In this document: positions 39,701 to 53,622 of the stretch, in pieces
Layout of the letters: each line of letters opens with the position of its first letter
Position numbering within the stretch: the stretch's first letter is position 1
Source: Stylophora pistillata
Lineage: Eukaryota
Reading direction: 5' to 3'
DNA length: 64,000 bases
Assembly: GCF_002571385.2 (NCBI RefSeq)
Contig: NW_019217808.1
Span: forward strand, 809,151-873,150
Notes under the pieces: generated by a model
What the model saw: the letters and a program-made list of their open reading frames with translations, nothing else
Database searches by the model: none
What the model was told of the DNA's origin: nothing
Translations under genes and position numbers: made by a program

Positions 39701-42700
39701 CATGCGCTAATTTAATACATTATACAGCCATCATCATTTATCACCATTAAGACTGCAATAAAACGTCACTTGCTCGAACAATCAAACCACATGGTGTAAA
39801 AGGAATAAAACTTACCTCAGTTGAGCGACTTCGAAGCCAGCTCAACGCCAACTGGGCGGATTCTTTCATGACATCCCCTGAAGTTGGAAAAGAAAACGTT
39901 TGGGTCAATGCTAAAAACAATTCCAGATGAAAGCTCGTTCCCAGTCAGTTATTTCAGGACTCAGAAATGACTGACCAGTCCTGTCGATCAGAAAGCGACG
40001 AGACTCAAGGTTGTTTCACACCGACCATTGTTTGACCATGAAACAATATACTAAGTATATATCACTGAACCTACCCAACTGTCCAGTCAAAGTAATTTTT
40101 CCCTCTCCTCCCATGCGTGTCGCCTCCACAAACATGATCTCTCCACCCATTGCTGTCCAAGCCAAACCTAGCGATACAAATAATCATCTGTTTCAATGGT
40201 ATTACGATGGTTAATTCGGTCTCCAGAATTATCCGCACACCGGAACTAAAAGTTTGGCAAGCCTGACATGGAGAAGTTATCCGCAGGGGAGGGGTGGGGG
40301 TAGAGGCCACTCCAGAGAACCGTGCGCATTCAGACGACTAAGGATTTGTATCTAACTGAAGACATGAGGATCGCGAATTTCAGGTCAACTATGTTCTCAA
40401 CGAAACACTCGAGAAGCACGAAAAGTAGACGCGACATAATAATATATTTAATTATCAAAACAGCCAATCAGGACAAAGGTTAGCATCATCCTTAGCCGAT
40501 AAACAGGCGAGCTGTTTGAAGCGCGGAAAACTCGGGTGACGAAGTCGCGATTGGTTTGACTTCTGCTTTTGATTGGAAGAGTGGAAGGCGCGAGTTTTCT
40601 GGACCAATCAAAAAGCAAAGCCAATGCAATCCCGGATTATTTTCGACACTCACTTCCATGGAGTCCAGACACCTTTAATCTAAAGTAAACATGAGAGGAT
40701 TCAGTCTCTTTGCTTGATCTTGTCTTAATTTCGACTTACCTACTGCCACGCCTGGAGTTGACAGTCGTTGAGCCACTTCGGATTCAAATACAGGAGGCTA
40801 AAAAATAAAAGGCAACGTACGAATTTCAGTGTGAAAAAAATTAAAACATCCAAAAGGACTAGGAATAAATCTCCTGTTTAGAAATTTACAATTTCCCTGT
40901 GTGACAGGAGTGACATATTTACTGATTATCATACCCCTAATGCATCAGTCAAGAATTTCTCGGTGATCAAAAAGGCCTCACGGTCAGCAGGTTTATCACT
41001 TTTACCCTTGGGTTTGTCGGCTTCCTGTTCTTTCGATTCTTGTTCGCCACTTTTTTCAGCCTGCCCTGAAGCACTTCTTGTTGCTTCAGCCACCTAGGAG
41101 TAAAAATAGAGCACGCAAAGGTTTTAAAAGTCGTAACCGTATTTAGCCAACACTGCCCTTCTACCTTGACTCTTTTGAATCCTTTCGCTACCGGAAGTTA
41201 AGTTTGATTCTCCTTCTTTAGTGCCTTGTGTTTACTTATAGGTTAGTTTGGCTGATCATTTTCTCAATCTTCATCCTTTGATTGCTTTACAATACAGTGA
41301 TTTACGATGGAAACGTTACCTATTGATGACTTTCTGGAGTATAAGAGTTAGGAACGACTTTGCAATATTTTGTAATGTTTTCCGATGAATAAATCTGCGT
41401 TTACAAACAAGGAACCACTAAAACCTCATTAGGTATATGGTTAAGCGAGATAAACAAAAAAACTAAAATTAAAATTGATCATTTTACAATGCGACATGAC
41501 ACGGTTTGAACGCTTAGGATCCTCGCAAAAGATGGAAGAACCCCTTTCTCTCTTCCCTCGCGCATCCATGCCTCAGGCGTTACCGCCCTTACGCGTGTCT
41601 TCCTCGCGGTCGCCTCTCGACTTTCTCAGTCCGGCGCTGGTTACCAAGCCGCTTTTGAATTCTATACCTGCACGGCCACAGCCCGACACACGCCACCAAT
41701 CTTCCGCTCCAATGATCTCACTCCAGCTTCCCGGGTGTAATTAGAAACTGGAATAAAAGATCAACGACACCTGGGTCACGAGCACTTCTTAAGAAAAGAA
41801 AATTATGAAAGCAGCCATCAATAAAACAAATTCTGGCATAGACAACGAATAAAAGAGAGATCCAGTGGCGAAACGAGATCCTCTGTAGCTAGTTCTTACA
41901 ACGACTGTTGTACAGTAGTTAGAAAAGCTGACGTTTTCGCAACCAGAAAAAACCAAGTCAGCATCGGATGTGTAGTTGGTTGCCATTCGAACGCTGCCAG
42001 TTTAGTTCGTGAAAGCCGTATTTATTCGATCAAGCGCCCAACCTCGAAAAAGGCCCACCCTGTGGGTATGAATAGTTGATAAGCGCCAGCCTCGAATAAT
42101 ACCCACTCCCAATAAGTGATTTTACTTACTTATTGCCTTCATAGAATCCTCAGGAAAATCAATGTCTTTTTCATTGAGTCCATGTTCCTGAGTAACAAAC
42201 AAAAAATCTGTTAATTCTATCGTACACAGTAACCTTGGTCAGGTGATTAAAAATTGTCTTTTAAAAATCATTTCCAAACCTTCAGCTGTTTGGGCAAAAG
42301 ATGTCGCTTAGTAATGGCAATCTTTTCTTCCTGAGTGTAACCTGGAACCATGATCAACTAAACATAAAAAGAAGAGAAAAAAAAAACAGTCAAAACTCGC
42401 TACACTCAATACGTAATTATTAAATCCAATACAATAATGTAGCAAGACAAACTTGTTAGCACATAATAATGATGAATCCCTAGTGGCTACTAAAATCATC
42501 ACTTCTACCCATACACCCTCCCTGTCCCTTCATTTGCAGCCCTCCCCACCCTACCCCCAACCTGGGAACTGGATGACGGGGGGGGGGTGGGCAGACATAG
42601 AGGTATGGAGGCTACATAGCACAATATTCGTGGTACATTACAAAATAACTGTGGGGTCGTAACTACCTCATCCCTCTCCTTTAAAACTGAACATTTCTCA

Positions 42701-45700
42701 CCTCCATTCGATCAAGCAAAGCAGGAGGTATTGTGCTAACAGTATTTGCAGTGGCTATGAACAGAACCTGTCAAATGATAGAAAAACAAAATGGGTACTT
42801 CAGCAATGGATGATGAGAGGACAATAAGATACGTGATAGCAAATTGTTAATTGTTCAGACCACACTCACTTGTGAAAGATCAAATGGAATATTGAGGTAG
42901 CTACATCTCTGTTAAGGACACAATAAGGTGTGAAACTTGATTAGCCTTTCAGAAACATTCAATATAAAAGGTTTGTAAACAAAACACTTCTCAACTACTT
43001 CACTCAATAAGAATTTTTTTAATCTGTCCCCCTCCCTCCCTCCTGTCCCACTTGTATTTCCTCTATCCCCCCTTCCCAACCTCTTTGCCAAATGATCAGC
43101 TCATTTACTTAATCAGCTCAACTGAAAATTTCAGTTGGCAATTATCTGCATACAATTTAATTGTTTTCATTTAGCTTCTTCACCTACTGCAAGCATGTAC
43201 AGAGTCTCCCTTGGCCTAGGAGTTATAATGACGAGAGCTACCAAAATAGTTTGTGTAACAGTTCAAACCAAATAAAATATTTGGAGGGGGGGCGGGTAAA
43301 CCCATAATAAACAATAATCAAACCTAAGGTACATGTCAAAGGAAGGACTTGATCAAAAAGATACTGGTCTACAAATGTCCAATTCTGTTCTGGATCCAAC
43401 ACTTCCAATAGGGCAGAAGCAGGGTCGCCATGAAGACTCTTTCCCTGTGAAAAGGTAACACCGTTAATAGAAAAGTCCCTTTTCCTGTCAAAGAGCTTTA
43501 AAGATGTTACTTTTAGGCACTTAAATCAAAATAAAAGAGTAAGAGTTAAGAAAGAGAGTAAAAAGGAAAAAAAAATAAATGCAGTTAAAGTCACATTTAA
43601 CAAAATCAAGTTTGACAATACCATCTTGTCCACTTCATCCAACAAGATAACAGGATTCCTCACTCCAACTGTTTTCAAGGCATTTAAGATTCTTCCTGGC
43701 ATTGATCCTATGTATGTTCGCCTAAAGAAACAAGAATACCCACAAAAATTAGCCACAATGATTACATGAAAATTCAGCTAACCAGCCTAGGGGCCCACAA
43801 TGCCTGAACTTAAGATGGCTGAAAACAGTTTTTGATACCTGTGTTTCATCATTTTCTCTAAAACCCTTGATCTCTCAGTCGCCAAAACTGGCAGCAAGCA
43901 AGTTAACAACACAAACTTTGTTTTTCTGATAGTTAAGCTGACGTATGTGCCATTGTCATGGCGACATGAATAAATATAAAGAGGCCTTTAAAATCGGTTT
44001 TGTTCATTTGTAGAAAATCTATTCATTAGTTTTTCTTTATAATTTGCATGCAACGAGCTTGTAACGATACTCACAAGTTAACACCATTTTGCTGACAATT
44101 TGACAGAGATCTTTAATTATCCCTTGTTGAAGGTTCACTCGATTATCTAGAATTTCCTTCATTAAAAATCTTTTTTTTTTGATACTCCAGTTACTTATTT
44201 CCTAAAGTATTTTTGTGCCAAATTTCGTGAAATTCTAATGAGTGGTTCTCAAGAAATAGGCATATTTCTGAGAAAGCAATTTTCCATTCAATTACAATTT
44301 TTCATCTTACTATGCATGCGCTGCATTTAACTGGATTCTCTCGATAACGACAAAAAGCTGAGAATTGCTGGGTTCTTTGCACCATTAACTTTTCTAACAT
44401 GTCTTTGTAATAAAAGATTAAAGCCCTCAATACACTGCGCCAACTATAGAGAAAAATAGCACAGACAGTACGGATACATTTTGAGTAAGAAATAAGACCG
44501 CTCTGTTGATGGCATGTTTGTTTCTTGCAATCTTTGCGCGCGCGCTAAATTGCATCAGCAAAAGCGCGCGCAAAAACTGTGTTCAGCCACCTTAACCTAG
44601 TCTTCTTTTAAAACCTTACAGAACCTTGTGTCTAATTTCTCCTCACAGAACCACCACCAAATAAATATTTACAGTCATGAGAATTATGGGTTTACCAAAT
44701 CAAGGAACTGAGCACCAACTAGAGAAGCTTACAACTGATAAACAAATTCTCCTGGTCAGCATCAAGAATTATTAAAGAACAGTATGGAGAATGCATACTG
44801 ATTAGCATATAAAGGGTAAAGAGAGTAGGAGTAATTGTCAATTCCCCCTGGTTGGGGTACTAATCTATCAGTAGCCATTCACACTCCTGAGAGGAGAGAA
44901 GCACTTATGAGTAAAGCACCTCCCCAAAGAACAAAACTGAGGACTCAAACCCAGATCTCCCCAACCAAAGCCCAGCACACTTAATATGTCTTTAGTTAAT
45001 GCTACTGACATCTCTTGTAACTTTCTAGAATATTTATTGAATACATAAATCTACTTCTGTCAATCAATTTTTATTAAGAAATGTTTTTTGCAAAACTTTA
45101 ACACCGTGATTAAATCACTACAGTAGACAAAGAAAAACTTTCAATGAAGACAATCCTCTGAGATGATAAAATCTTACCGATGTCCTCTGATGTCCGACTG
45201 GTCACAAATTCCACCAAGTGATATTCTGGAAAATAATAATGAAACATGTCAAGTATCATTTATTTAGTAAAGAAGTGCAGTTTCAGGAAAGATCACACCG
45301 ACTGAACAAGCTGTTGTTAGACATTTTTTTAAAGGAGACTAAATTGATGGGCATAATTATCGATGACTGAGTTTTCCTCCACCAGAAAGAAAATATTCAC
45401 TTTATCATACTAACAATTTTGCCTTGAAAAGTTTAGTACAAGTTACACAATTGATTACATGTAAGTGTCACATGTATGTACATGTAATTATCATTAATGA
45501 TTGCAATATTGACCATATGAGCTCAAATGTTAATCTGAGATTAACTATTTTTAATTATAACTTAATCAGTCAAGAAAAAAATAAGTATTTTGATATTTAT
45601 TGCACCTCTGAAATTCTCTGCCAAGAGTGTTTGCAATAGATCTTCCTACGCTTGTCTTCCCAACCCCAGGTGGACCAACAAAGCATAAAATAGGACCTAC

Positions 45701-48700
45701 AAGACAATATTGATACAGGTACTAGTTCACAGTAAGTACCCAATTACAAGTATATTTTTAATGAAATTGCAAAAAGCCTGACCATCTGACTGGTTGACCA
45801 ACTGACCTACATGTACTGACAAACTTCAGCAGGGAACATTGATGAAATGAGAGACAAGTTGACAAAAGATTAACAAAGACTTGGTCTGTTTAATTTCAAA
45901 AACACAGGTTTACCTTTCAAACTGTTTTTCAATTTGCGAACGGCCAGATATTCAATGACTCTCTTCTTCAGTTTCTCCAAGCCATAATGATCATGATCCA
46001 GATCCGCTCTAAAATGGTATTATGTAGAAACAATATTTCACTAGCTGCCAGATCAATTATTCTCTTTTGTGAGTCTTCTGTACCAATCACAGAGAAATGT
46101 AAAGCAAAACCCAGTAAACAATCTTTAACTGCTTAACAAAATCAACTGAAAATTGCTGTTTGCAATTTCTACCCACTTTTACCTTGCTTGGGAGATGTCT
46201 AACTTGTCTGTGGTTTCTTTGCTCCATGGGAGGTCAACCATCCACTCCAGATAATTTCTATAAAAATTTTTGACACATATTAGTTAATAGAGCCTTCTCT
46301 TCTTGAGCAAGGGCTTTCAATTGTAACATACAAGTACAAGGAGCATATTATATTATCATACAGAGTATGATAAGTACATTTCAAATAAATCAGTGAAAGT
46401 ACCTTGCTGTAGCATGTTCTGGGAACTGTGGGGGCATCTTCTTCAAGCGCTAAAGATAATGGTTATGAAAAGGAAAATATCATCCGTAACTTTAATAAAA
46501 TACAAATATTAAATAGATCAGAGTTCCACACAAAGAGAGTTTAACTTTTGCCTTCCCAGTAGCCAATGCAGCCCACAAATAACAGGTTACAAGGACATTG
46601 GGTCCTGGGAGAGTCCTTATACCCTGGATAAATGATACATGGGATAGAAACCTACCTTCAACTCCTTTATAGCTACTTTGAAAGCATGTTCTGGAAGATC
46701 AGCAGACCTGACGAAAAAAAAAGGGAATAAGAAATAATAACAACTTAAGGACTGAGTTAAGTCTTACAAGACAGAAAAATAGTTGCCGTAACACTGTGAT
46801 CTACGTTATGAACTTGAGCTAAACATCATCGCATCCAGCTTGACCAGTGAATCAGTCAGTAACTACTATTTTCTCCATATTACAGTTACCATTGCCCTAT
46901 CTTTTGCACACATCTGACAGGGCTGTATGAGAGGCATTTCTCTCCAATCCTGCTACAGTGTAACATCAATCAATCAATCAATCTATCAATCAATCCTTTA
47001 TTTAAACACGTGACACCTAGGAGTACAGAAGTTCTCGTTAAAACGTGTATGTGTATGTACAATTAGAAATAAAACATAATTTCTGTAAGAATACAAATAA
47101 TAAGTAGATCTATTAAATAACTAAAAACAGGATCGAAGATCACGAACAAGAGCTATCAATAAAAAGTTACAATATTAACAATATTAACAATATTAACAAT
47201 AACAATATTTACAATCACTACCACTAAGCCATGTGGGCTTTAAGAGAACGCTTGAATGAAACAATATCTTGAGATTCTCTGAGTCTAGGAGGTAGCGCAT
47301 TCCAAAGTTTACCAGCTAAAAATGAAAAAGACCGATGTAAAAACTCAAGATTAAAAGGAGGTAAATCTAGCCTTGTACTGAGCCCGCGTAAACTATAGGG
47401 TACATTTCTAAAATGAAAAAAATCACTTATATAAGGAGCCCCCTTATCATACAAGCACTTATATAACATAACTAACGATTGGAATTGCCTACGATTCTCC
47501 AAAGACTTAATGTTGGCCAACTTGAGGAGGAAGTCGTATGACACAGACTTTGAGAAGCCTAATATAGTTCTTAATATAAAGTAATTAGTTGTCTCTATTT
47601 TAGTTTGGTAATTTTTGGTAATAACAGTCAAAATTTGAGTGTTACTGCCAAACTTTGTCAATTTTTAAGTTACTGTAACTCAAAATTTAGCAATGAAATA
47701 TTGTATAAAAACGGATAGTATTCTAGCATCAATAGCATTTTCCTTTTTATTCCATGAAAATGATCACTTCAAAAAGTAAAAAACTAATTCAATTTTAAAA
47801 ACTACCTTTAAAAAACTAGATTACAGGAAAACTGAAAAAGGTGCCACTGCGATCAACTTTTTTCTCCTTCTGAAATAATCCAAAACAGAATCCGATTTGA
47901 ATTTTAGAATGTTACATTATGCATGTCACTGTACCCAAGCAATAATCATGTGAATGTAAATTCACTACCCATCTTTATTACAAGACTTGGGCAGTCAGAG
48001 GGCCAATCACTAAATTCAACCAATCAAAATGCTCTATTGCCAGTCGATATTCTCTCAGTATTGGACCGGGCACTGTCCCAAATGTTCCCGAATGATACCG
48101 CACTTGTGTCCCTTTGCACTTCAGTGGCATAATAAATCTCTTATTAACCAAGCTTGCTTGGGACCGTACCGGAAGAATATCGGCCCTCAGTCTTTTTTGT
48201 ACGGACCGAGCGCAGCAAGGTCCGTACTGTCAAGACCTCAGGCCGATATTCTCCCAGTATGGCCCTCACGCTTGGTTAATAAGATATATGTAAAAAACAG
48301 TTTTAAAAAATTTACCATACCTTATTCTCCTTTCAAGTTCCTCGACATCATCTTCATCATCATTGTCATCGTCATCATCTAAACCTTTGGAAATCCTTTT
48401 TGGTTCCTTGGGCACAAGCATGTTGCCGCGCTTAAATAGACAACAACAGATTTGACAAATACTCAAAGATCAGAGCAAGGCCAACAAAAGTCAGCTTGAA
48501 AATCAAAATGTTAGCAATAATGACCCTTTTGAATTGAAACTGCATTTTTTTTGTTCACATTCAGCTTTACATTTACACCACATTAAACAAAGCATAAATT
48601 ATTTGTTCTCTAGTATTTTACACTAACATCTTTAAGATCTCCAGCAACTGATGCTGTTGACTTAAGTTAATGTTCAGTATCAATTCACACCAGAAGTGCA

Positions 48701-51700
48701 TCACAGGGCTTCCTTTAAAATTTTATGTAGGGCCTTCCATGGATTCTCAAAACTTTTCGGAGACATCTTCATTTAACAGATTAAGGATGATGAGATATTA
48801 GAACATTCCTCTCAGTACCTTAGTATTACTTTTCCACATCCTTCTGTTAAATTCTGGACCACCCTTTGGCGGGTGGCTTCCTCTCAGTCCCTGAAATTTA
48901 AACAGATTTCAGCCATCAATCATGTAGAAACTGACAAAATCATAATAAAAAAGATTTCCCAACTATTTGACACAATACATGGGTTAAAAAGAAATAGAGG
49001 GCTTAATCTAATTTTCTAAGATTATTCCTTGCAAAGGCAAGACAATAGGTGAACTCTCATGAACAAAGTAGTGCTCCTCACAACCCAGAAAAATTAATTA
49101 ACAGGTACCAGCAAGATATAAAGGATAACCTGTTCAAAGGCCAAGCTTGCTACACTAAACATGAGAATGGAACATTCATCACCTGAGCAAGAAAAAAATC
49201 CTGACACTCTGACTTATTTTTTTAAACAGGAGTAACAAGTAATTGTTTATCTGATGCATTTCCTTATTAAGTGTGTTTATTTTAAGTTCAAAGATAAATA
49301 AACTTTCCCAAACAATCAGGTTACTTTCTAAATTTAGTTTACTCTAAAAAAACAATGATTATCATGTTTTTGCACTTTTGATCATTACCTGTTAAAAAGT
49401 GCACTATAAATTAATAAATTATGACTATTATTAAATTATTATTTATGCTTACTATAATTTTAACCCTTAAACTTCCACGATGTGATTGTTAATTCTCCCA
49501 TTTACCTGCTTCACATCTGCTTGTGAATGCAGTTAAGAGAATTTTTGCATTCAATCAAGAAAATAAATTCTACTTGGAATGATAAGTCTGAGTATTCTCA
49601 TTACCTGTTTGCTGGATAATGTATATAAATTAAAGGGAAAAGTTACATGTTGATTAATTCTGAGATTTAAAGGCAGGTCAAATTTGTTCACAGAAAGATT
49701 GTCCCAATTACAAAAAGACAATGTGTCAATTAATATCACATAAAATGAGACAGGGAACTGCTGTGAATGTAATCAAACAATCATAATCATGATAACATTT
49801 ACTCGTATCTATTACATACCATAGTTAGTCATATACCTTGTGACTAGCACACTTGCCAAAATAATTCAGCAACTTAATTGAAACTTCATTTGCATGGCTT
49901 ATTAAATTTAACCATTTTACTCCCATGGTCTGATTTTTTATTGACTCCCATCTTGCTGGTACATATTTTCTTGTAAATTGGTGATGAGAATGTGTTCTTA
50001 CATCAAGAAAACAACTTCTACCTGATAAATTTGAGTATTCCTGTTAGGTTGAGTAAAGGATGTATATATGGATATTATAGAGAGAAGTTACATTTTAATC
50101 ACTCCTGGGAGTTCAAAGATTAACACAATGTTAATAAACTAAAAGATGTACTCCACCTCTTTTTGTCTTCGTACCAAATGAAGAGATTTCTTGAATCTTT
50201 CAATCAAATCTACTGTATTCAGGATCTACACAGTCAAATAGATAGGAGATCATATTCACTGACAATTAGTTTTTCTACTTTGATATTGTGTCAAGAACCT
50301 AGCTCTTGATAACTCTCAATAAAGAAATGACAACTTTAAATTTAAATTTACAAGACATGCTTCGACATTCTCATGTCATCTTCAGTTGCAAATGAGCTTT
50401 TAACGGTTGTACGTTTGAATTTATATTAAGGTACGTTACAAATTACATCAGGACTTATGTTACAATTTGAATATTAAATACGCGTATAATGAAAATAGCT
50501 CGCGCATAACTAGACCAAAAAAAATTTGTAATAATAATAATAAATAAATAATAAAAGACAAAGAAACAACATAATTAAAAGGAAAGAGATAAATCCAAAT
50601 GCTTCAATTGCTGATTACGAATGGGTTTTTCCCACTTAATATGCAATGCCACTTTGATCTTAATTTGGAATTTTGAGGCGGCAGAATCTAAGATCGTGAA
50701 ACATTCTGTATCACAAGAGTCAAGACAGGCCCTTGATGATTGCAGGTGTCTGTAAATATGCGAAGACTTGTCCGACAAGAGGTGCTCACGAACTTGTATA
50801 CAAATGTGGTCTCACCAATGCAACTGGCATTACAGCCAGCACACGAACATTATTTTATAAATGACACGCAAACGTAGACCTAGCAGTACTGAATCTTTCT
50901 TTCTTGATAACTCCTAAACGTGAAAAGGTTACAAAACTATCAAGTCGTTTAATAACAGCAAAGAACTATACCTCTAGTTTTTCAAAGTAAGAAGCTTTCA
51001 CAATAGATGCCAAAGTGTCAGGAAGACTCCCATCTGGTATTCCACCCAACATGTCCTATAAAACGTAGATAAGTGTTATTGTTTACTAGTGAGGTCAACA
51101 CAACTTAAAGAATTCCCATATAAATTCACAAAACCCCTCAGTGTGCCTTAAATTGTTTTAAGGTCTTCACAATGTGGAGTGTGATTCTACAATTCCAGTT
51201 GTAAACCTTCCTGCTGGAAAAGATTTTTCCTATAGTAGAAAATATTCTGCCATATATGACATAAATTTCTTTTTCAGTTAACAAAATCAAAGCAAGCGGT
51301 TTCCAAAGGGAAATATTGGTCCTTATTACACGACTCGGGCAGTCAGAGGGCCAATAACTAAAATCAACCAATCAAAATGCTCTATTGCCGGTCAATATTC
51401 TCTCAGTATTGGACCGGGCACTGTCCCGAATGGTCCCGAATGATACCACACCTGTGTCCCTTTGAACTTCAGTCGTATAATAAATCTCTTATTAACCAAG
51501 CTTGCTNNNNNNNNNNNNNNNNNNNNNAAGGATGACATGCTCTCACACAGCTTATCTTAAAAGCGAACAGAGTTTGCTACCGACGTCGCCGCCGCAAACC
51601 TCGTCTAGCTGCTTAACGTTTATATTTTGGTGGGAACGACGTTGTTCTCTTCCCAGGCTCTTTCGGTCGCTAAAGTTGCCGTTGCCTCTAAAACGACCGG

Positions 51701-53478
51701 TGCTTAAGTTCCGTAATAAGTTGGCAGTGAGGATCACCATATAACAATAGCTATTGAAACAAGCATGGTATATGTACCTTAAATTTCTGTTTTTACAAAC
51801 CTCAAACTTCATAACTTTCAACCATTACCTTTAACCTGGAAACAAATGGAACTCTCCCATCCAACATGTTCACCAGCTCATTTGAACACAGTCGAAATTC
51901 TTCAGCTAGCATTGTTAAATCAGCATTTTTCCTTATTTCTGCCTCTGTAATCCAGAAACATTGGTCAGACTACTATCACTTCGAAGAAATTTTTTTTCAT
52001 CTTGTCATGAGTGCAGGACAAAGAAAAAGTTCTGAAAATTATCTGTGATCTTTAACAGAACAGATGCACAACAACATGAAATGTATTGGTTAACTCTTTG
52101 TCTCCTGAGATCTAATTATTAATTTCCTCCTCTAGCTGCTTACACATTTCATTGTAAACTAGTCACAAGAATTTGGTGTTAGATCAAGATAACAACTTCT
52201 ACCTGATAAGTTTGAGTATTCTCAGCACCTGTTTGCTGAATGATAAATGAATATTGTTGGGAGAAGTTACATGTTAATCAATTCTAGGAATTAAAGGGTT
52301 AAAGTGATACTGTTTTGAGAAGTTTAGGCTAGCCTTGTGTACAGTATGTACTGTACCTTGTTCAGATGGCTTGTCTAACTGTGTCACCTCTGCTATCAGA
52401 TAAGGCTCCTCCATGACAATTCTATCAATTCTAAATCTGCACAGTCCAGTAACAAGCAGGGTGTACAGAGGCTTTGGCCAGTTTGTACCTGTCACTTGAA
52501 CTACTACAGATGCTGTACCAAAGGCATGTAACAATGATTCTTCATCCTGTGGATTATAAATGAATCAACTGTATTGAGATTTGGTGGTGCAAAAATCGCC
52601 TTGAAACATTTGTGCTCCTTAAAAAATACAAAAATATTTGCTCTGCTTCTGCGATCACTTCTGCTGAATTGAACAAAGGGTCAATAAATTCTACCTAAAC
52701 AGAAAAAAATTATTGAATTCAATAATACTTGTCATTTTTAAAATGATTGATGTATTTCTTTTCATTTCATATATTTAACCCAATCACAGAGGTTGCTCGG
52801 GTTTAGAATTTTTATATCAAGAGTCACTTTGCAGTATCTGCCCTGAAATTGATAACTACAGTTACGCTCGCTAAGTTATGTAAACTAAGTTAATTAAGAT
52901 ATAACTTTTCTACTTTCCCTTTACCGGGAAAAATTGAACTAGTTTACCCAAAAAATTACTGCAGTTACGCATAAAAACCCCAGCTACTTTATTGGAACTA
53001 TTATTTATCACAGGAAAACAAACTGCTAACGCATAGTCATTCTGCTTGTGACGAACTTCCGGTCCAATATGAAAATTTGCGTGCAGCTTAATGTCACGTT
53101 CGCTAGTACACTGCACAAAACCGAAGATTAGCGAGACATAAATAATTTACAATAACCTTGTGCAGCTTACCTCTTTCGCTGATCGTCGTGGTACCACACC
53201 TATGATCACACTGCTTAGGGTGTCCTTTCGAAGAAGTCTTGTATCGATCATACGGAGGCTGTGACGATTAAACAGTGACACGCAAGACAACAGCTGAGCT
53301 CATGTAATGTAAAAAGGTACGCGTAGTAGCGGAAAAGAACGCGCTTAAGGTTCAAGTTTTTTTCTTACCTGGCATTGTCTCGTACAGCAATCCTCATGGA
53401 AGAGCCCGGTAAAAGGACTTTGTCCTTGAGGATAAGCAATGGAAGGCGTTTAGGGAGATCTCGGTTTGGAACCACCAT
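36790..53478 (-). CDS. LONP2: Peroxisomal Lon protease homolog 2, 30 coding exons, ~843 aa
   Basis: GT-AG exons, 5'->3' on minus: 53369-53478, 53171-53258, 52357-52546, 51829-51944, 50972-51055, 50157-50225, 48819-48890, 48321-48430, 46656-46707, 46403-46449, 46183-46257, 45914-46008, 45606-45696, 45178-45225, 43622-43721, 43365-43444, 42870-42900, 42702-42767, 42280-42357, 42130-42187, 41668-41747, 40935-41093, 40740-40797, 40075-40167, 39816-39877, 39207-39343, 38414-38480, 37928-38008, 37316-37345, 36790-36894. Total 2532 nt, phases consistent, no internal stop. Motifs: N-terminus [30 protein letters not shown], Walker A GPPGVGKT, Walker [10 protein letters not shown], catalytic Ser KDGPSAG, catalytic Lys VGGIKEK, C-terminal PTS1 -SKL. 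Confidence 0.97.
37455..37870 (+). repeat. Degenerate C/T-rich ~20-bp minisatellite
   Basis: Repeated CCCTCTCTAATAAGC(T)CC-like units. Confidence 0.7.
38078..38372. mobile_element. Non-autonomous element with subterminal inverted repeats and a long terminal hairpin (Helentron/HINE-like)
   Basis: TTAGTATAATTTCAGAGC...GCTCTGAAATTATACTAA followed by a ~105-bp palindrome (38264-38370). Confidence 0.6.
38820..38915 (+). mobile_element. tRNA-derived SINE
   Basis: TGTAGCTCATTGGTAGA (A box) ... GGTTCGCATCC (B box), then GGGGACTCAG and a T-tract. Related fragments on minus at ~51990-52035 and ~62000-62105. Confidence 0.6.
42901..43364 (-). other. U12-type (minor spliceosome) GT-AG intron in LONP2
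   Basis: 5' splice site GTATCTTTT (consensus GTATCCTTT). Branch point TCCTTAAC (42911-42918 on minus) lies 10 nt from the AG, with no polypyrimidine tract. Splicing restores the conserved [14 protein letters not shown]. Confidence 0.85.
43814..44591. mobile_element. Non-autonomous DNA transposon with TTAA target duplication (Kolobok-like)
   Basis: TTAA|GATGGCTGAAAACAGTTTTT ... AAAAACTGTGTTCAGCCACC|TTAA. Confidence 0.75.
46966..47600 (-). mobile_element. 5'-truncated LINE (CR1/L2-like) in LONP2 intron 8
   Basis: The C-terminal part of ORF 47224-47661 ([19 protein letters not shown]...YSLRG...[21 protein letters not shown]...FKRSLK) is a typical post-RT LINE C-terminus. The 3' UTR ends in AATAAAG plus (GATT)n. 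Confidence 0.85.
47975..48287 (+). mobile_element. Dispersed non-autonomous repeat with 3' hairpin; second copy at 51323-51506
   Basis: Two copies are highly similar over ~180 bp. The 3' part is a ~145-bp imperfect palindrome (TCTTATTAACCAAGC...GCTTGGTTAATAAGA). Confidence 0.8.
50275..50900 (-). mobile_element. Penelope-like element remnant (GIY-YIG C-terminus plus hammerhead-bearing pLTR) in LONP2 intron 5
   Basis: Frameshifted ...[13 protein letters not shown]...[17 protein letters not shown]...[32 protein letters not shown] (ORF 50575-50778). Hammerhead-like motif at 50350-50389. Confidence 0.85.
51507..51527. other. Assembly gap (21 N) inside LONP2 intron 4
   Basis: N run between two different repeats. 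The flanking exons splice in frame, so no exon appears to be missing. Confidence 0.95.
52089..52302. mobile_element. Abundant ~215-bp TTAA-flanked MITE family (other copies ~36200, ~44595, ~49460, ~49908, ~53857, ~57500-58293, ~58625)
   Basis: Shared TTAAC(C/T)CTTT...AATTCTCC...GGAGAA...TTAAAGGGTTAA structure in many introns. Confidence 0.7.
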
Positions 53479-53622
53479 GATGCTGAGATGTTGCTGTTTA
53501 TTGAATCAGGGTGAGCTGGTAACTAGAGTTATTCCATCTAGTACCCAGATTCCTACTCTGACAATGTGACACTAGAAGTTATCTTACATGATACAATAGA
53601 GCCTATAATCAAAGATGGCGGC
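53479..53622. promoter_or_regulatory. Bidirectional promoter between LONP2 and MRPL52
   Basis: Divergent ATGs are 136 bp apart. A YY1-like AAGATGGCGGC overlaps the MRPL52 start. Confidence 0.8.
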
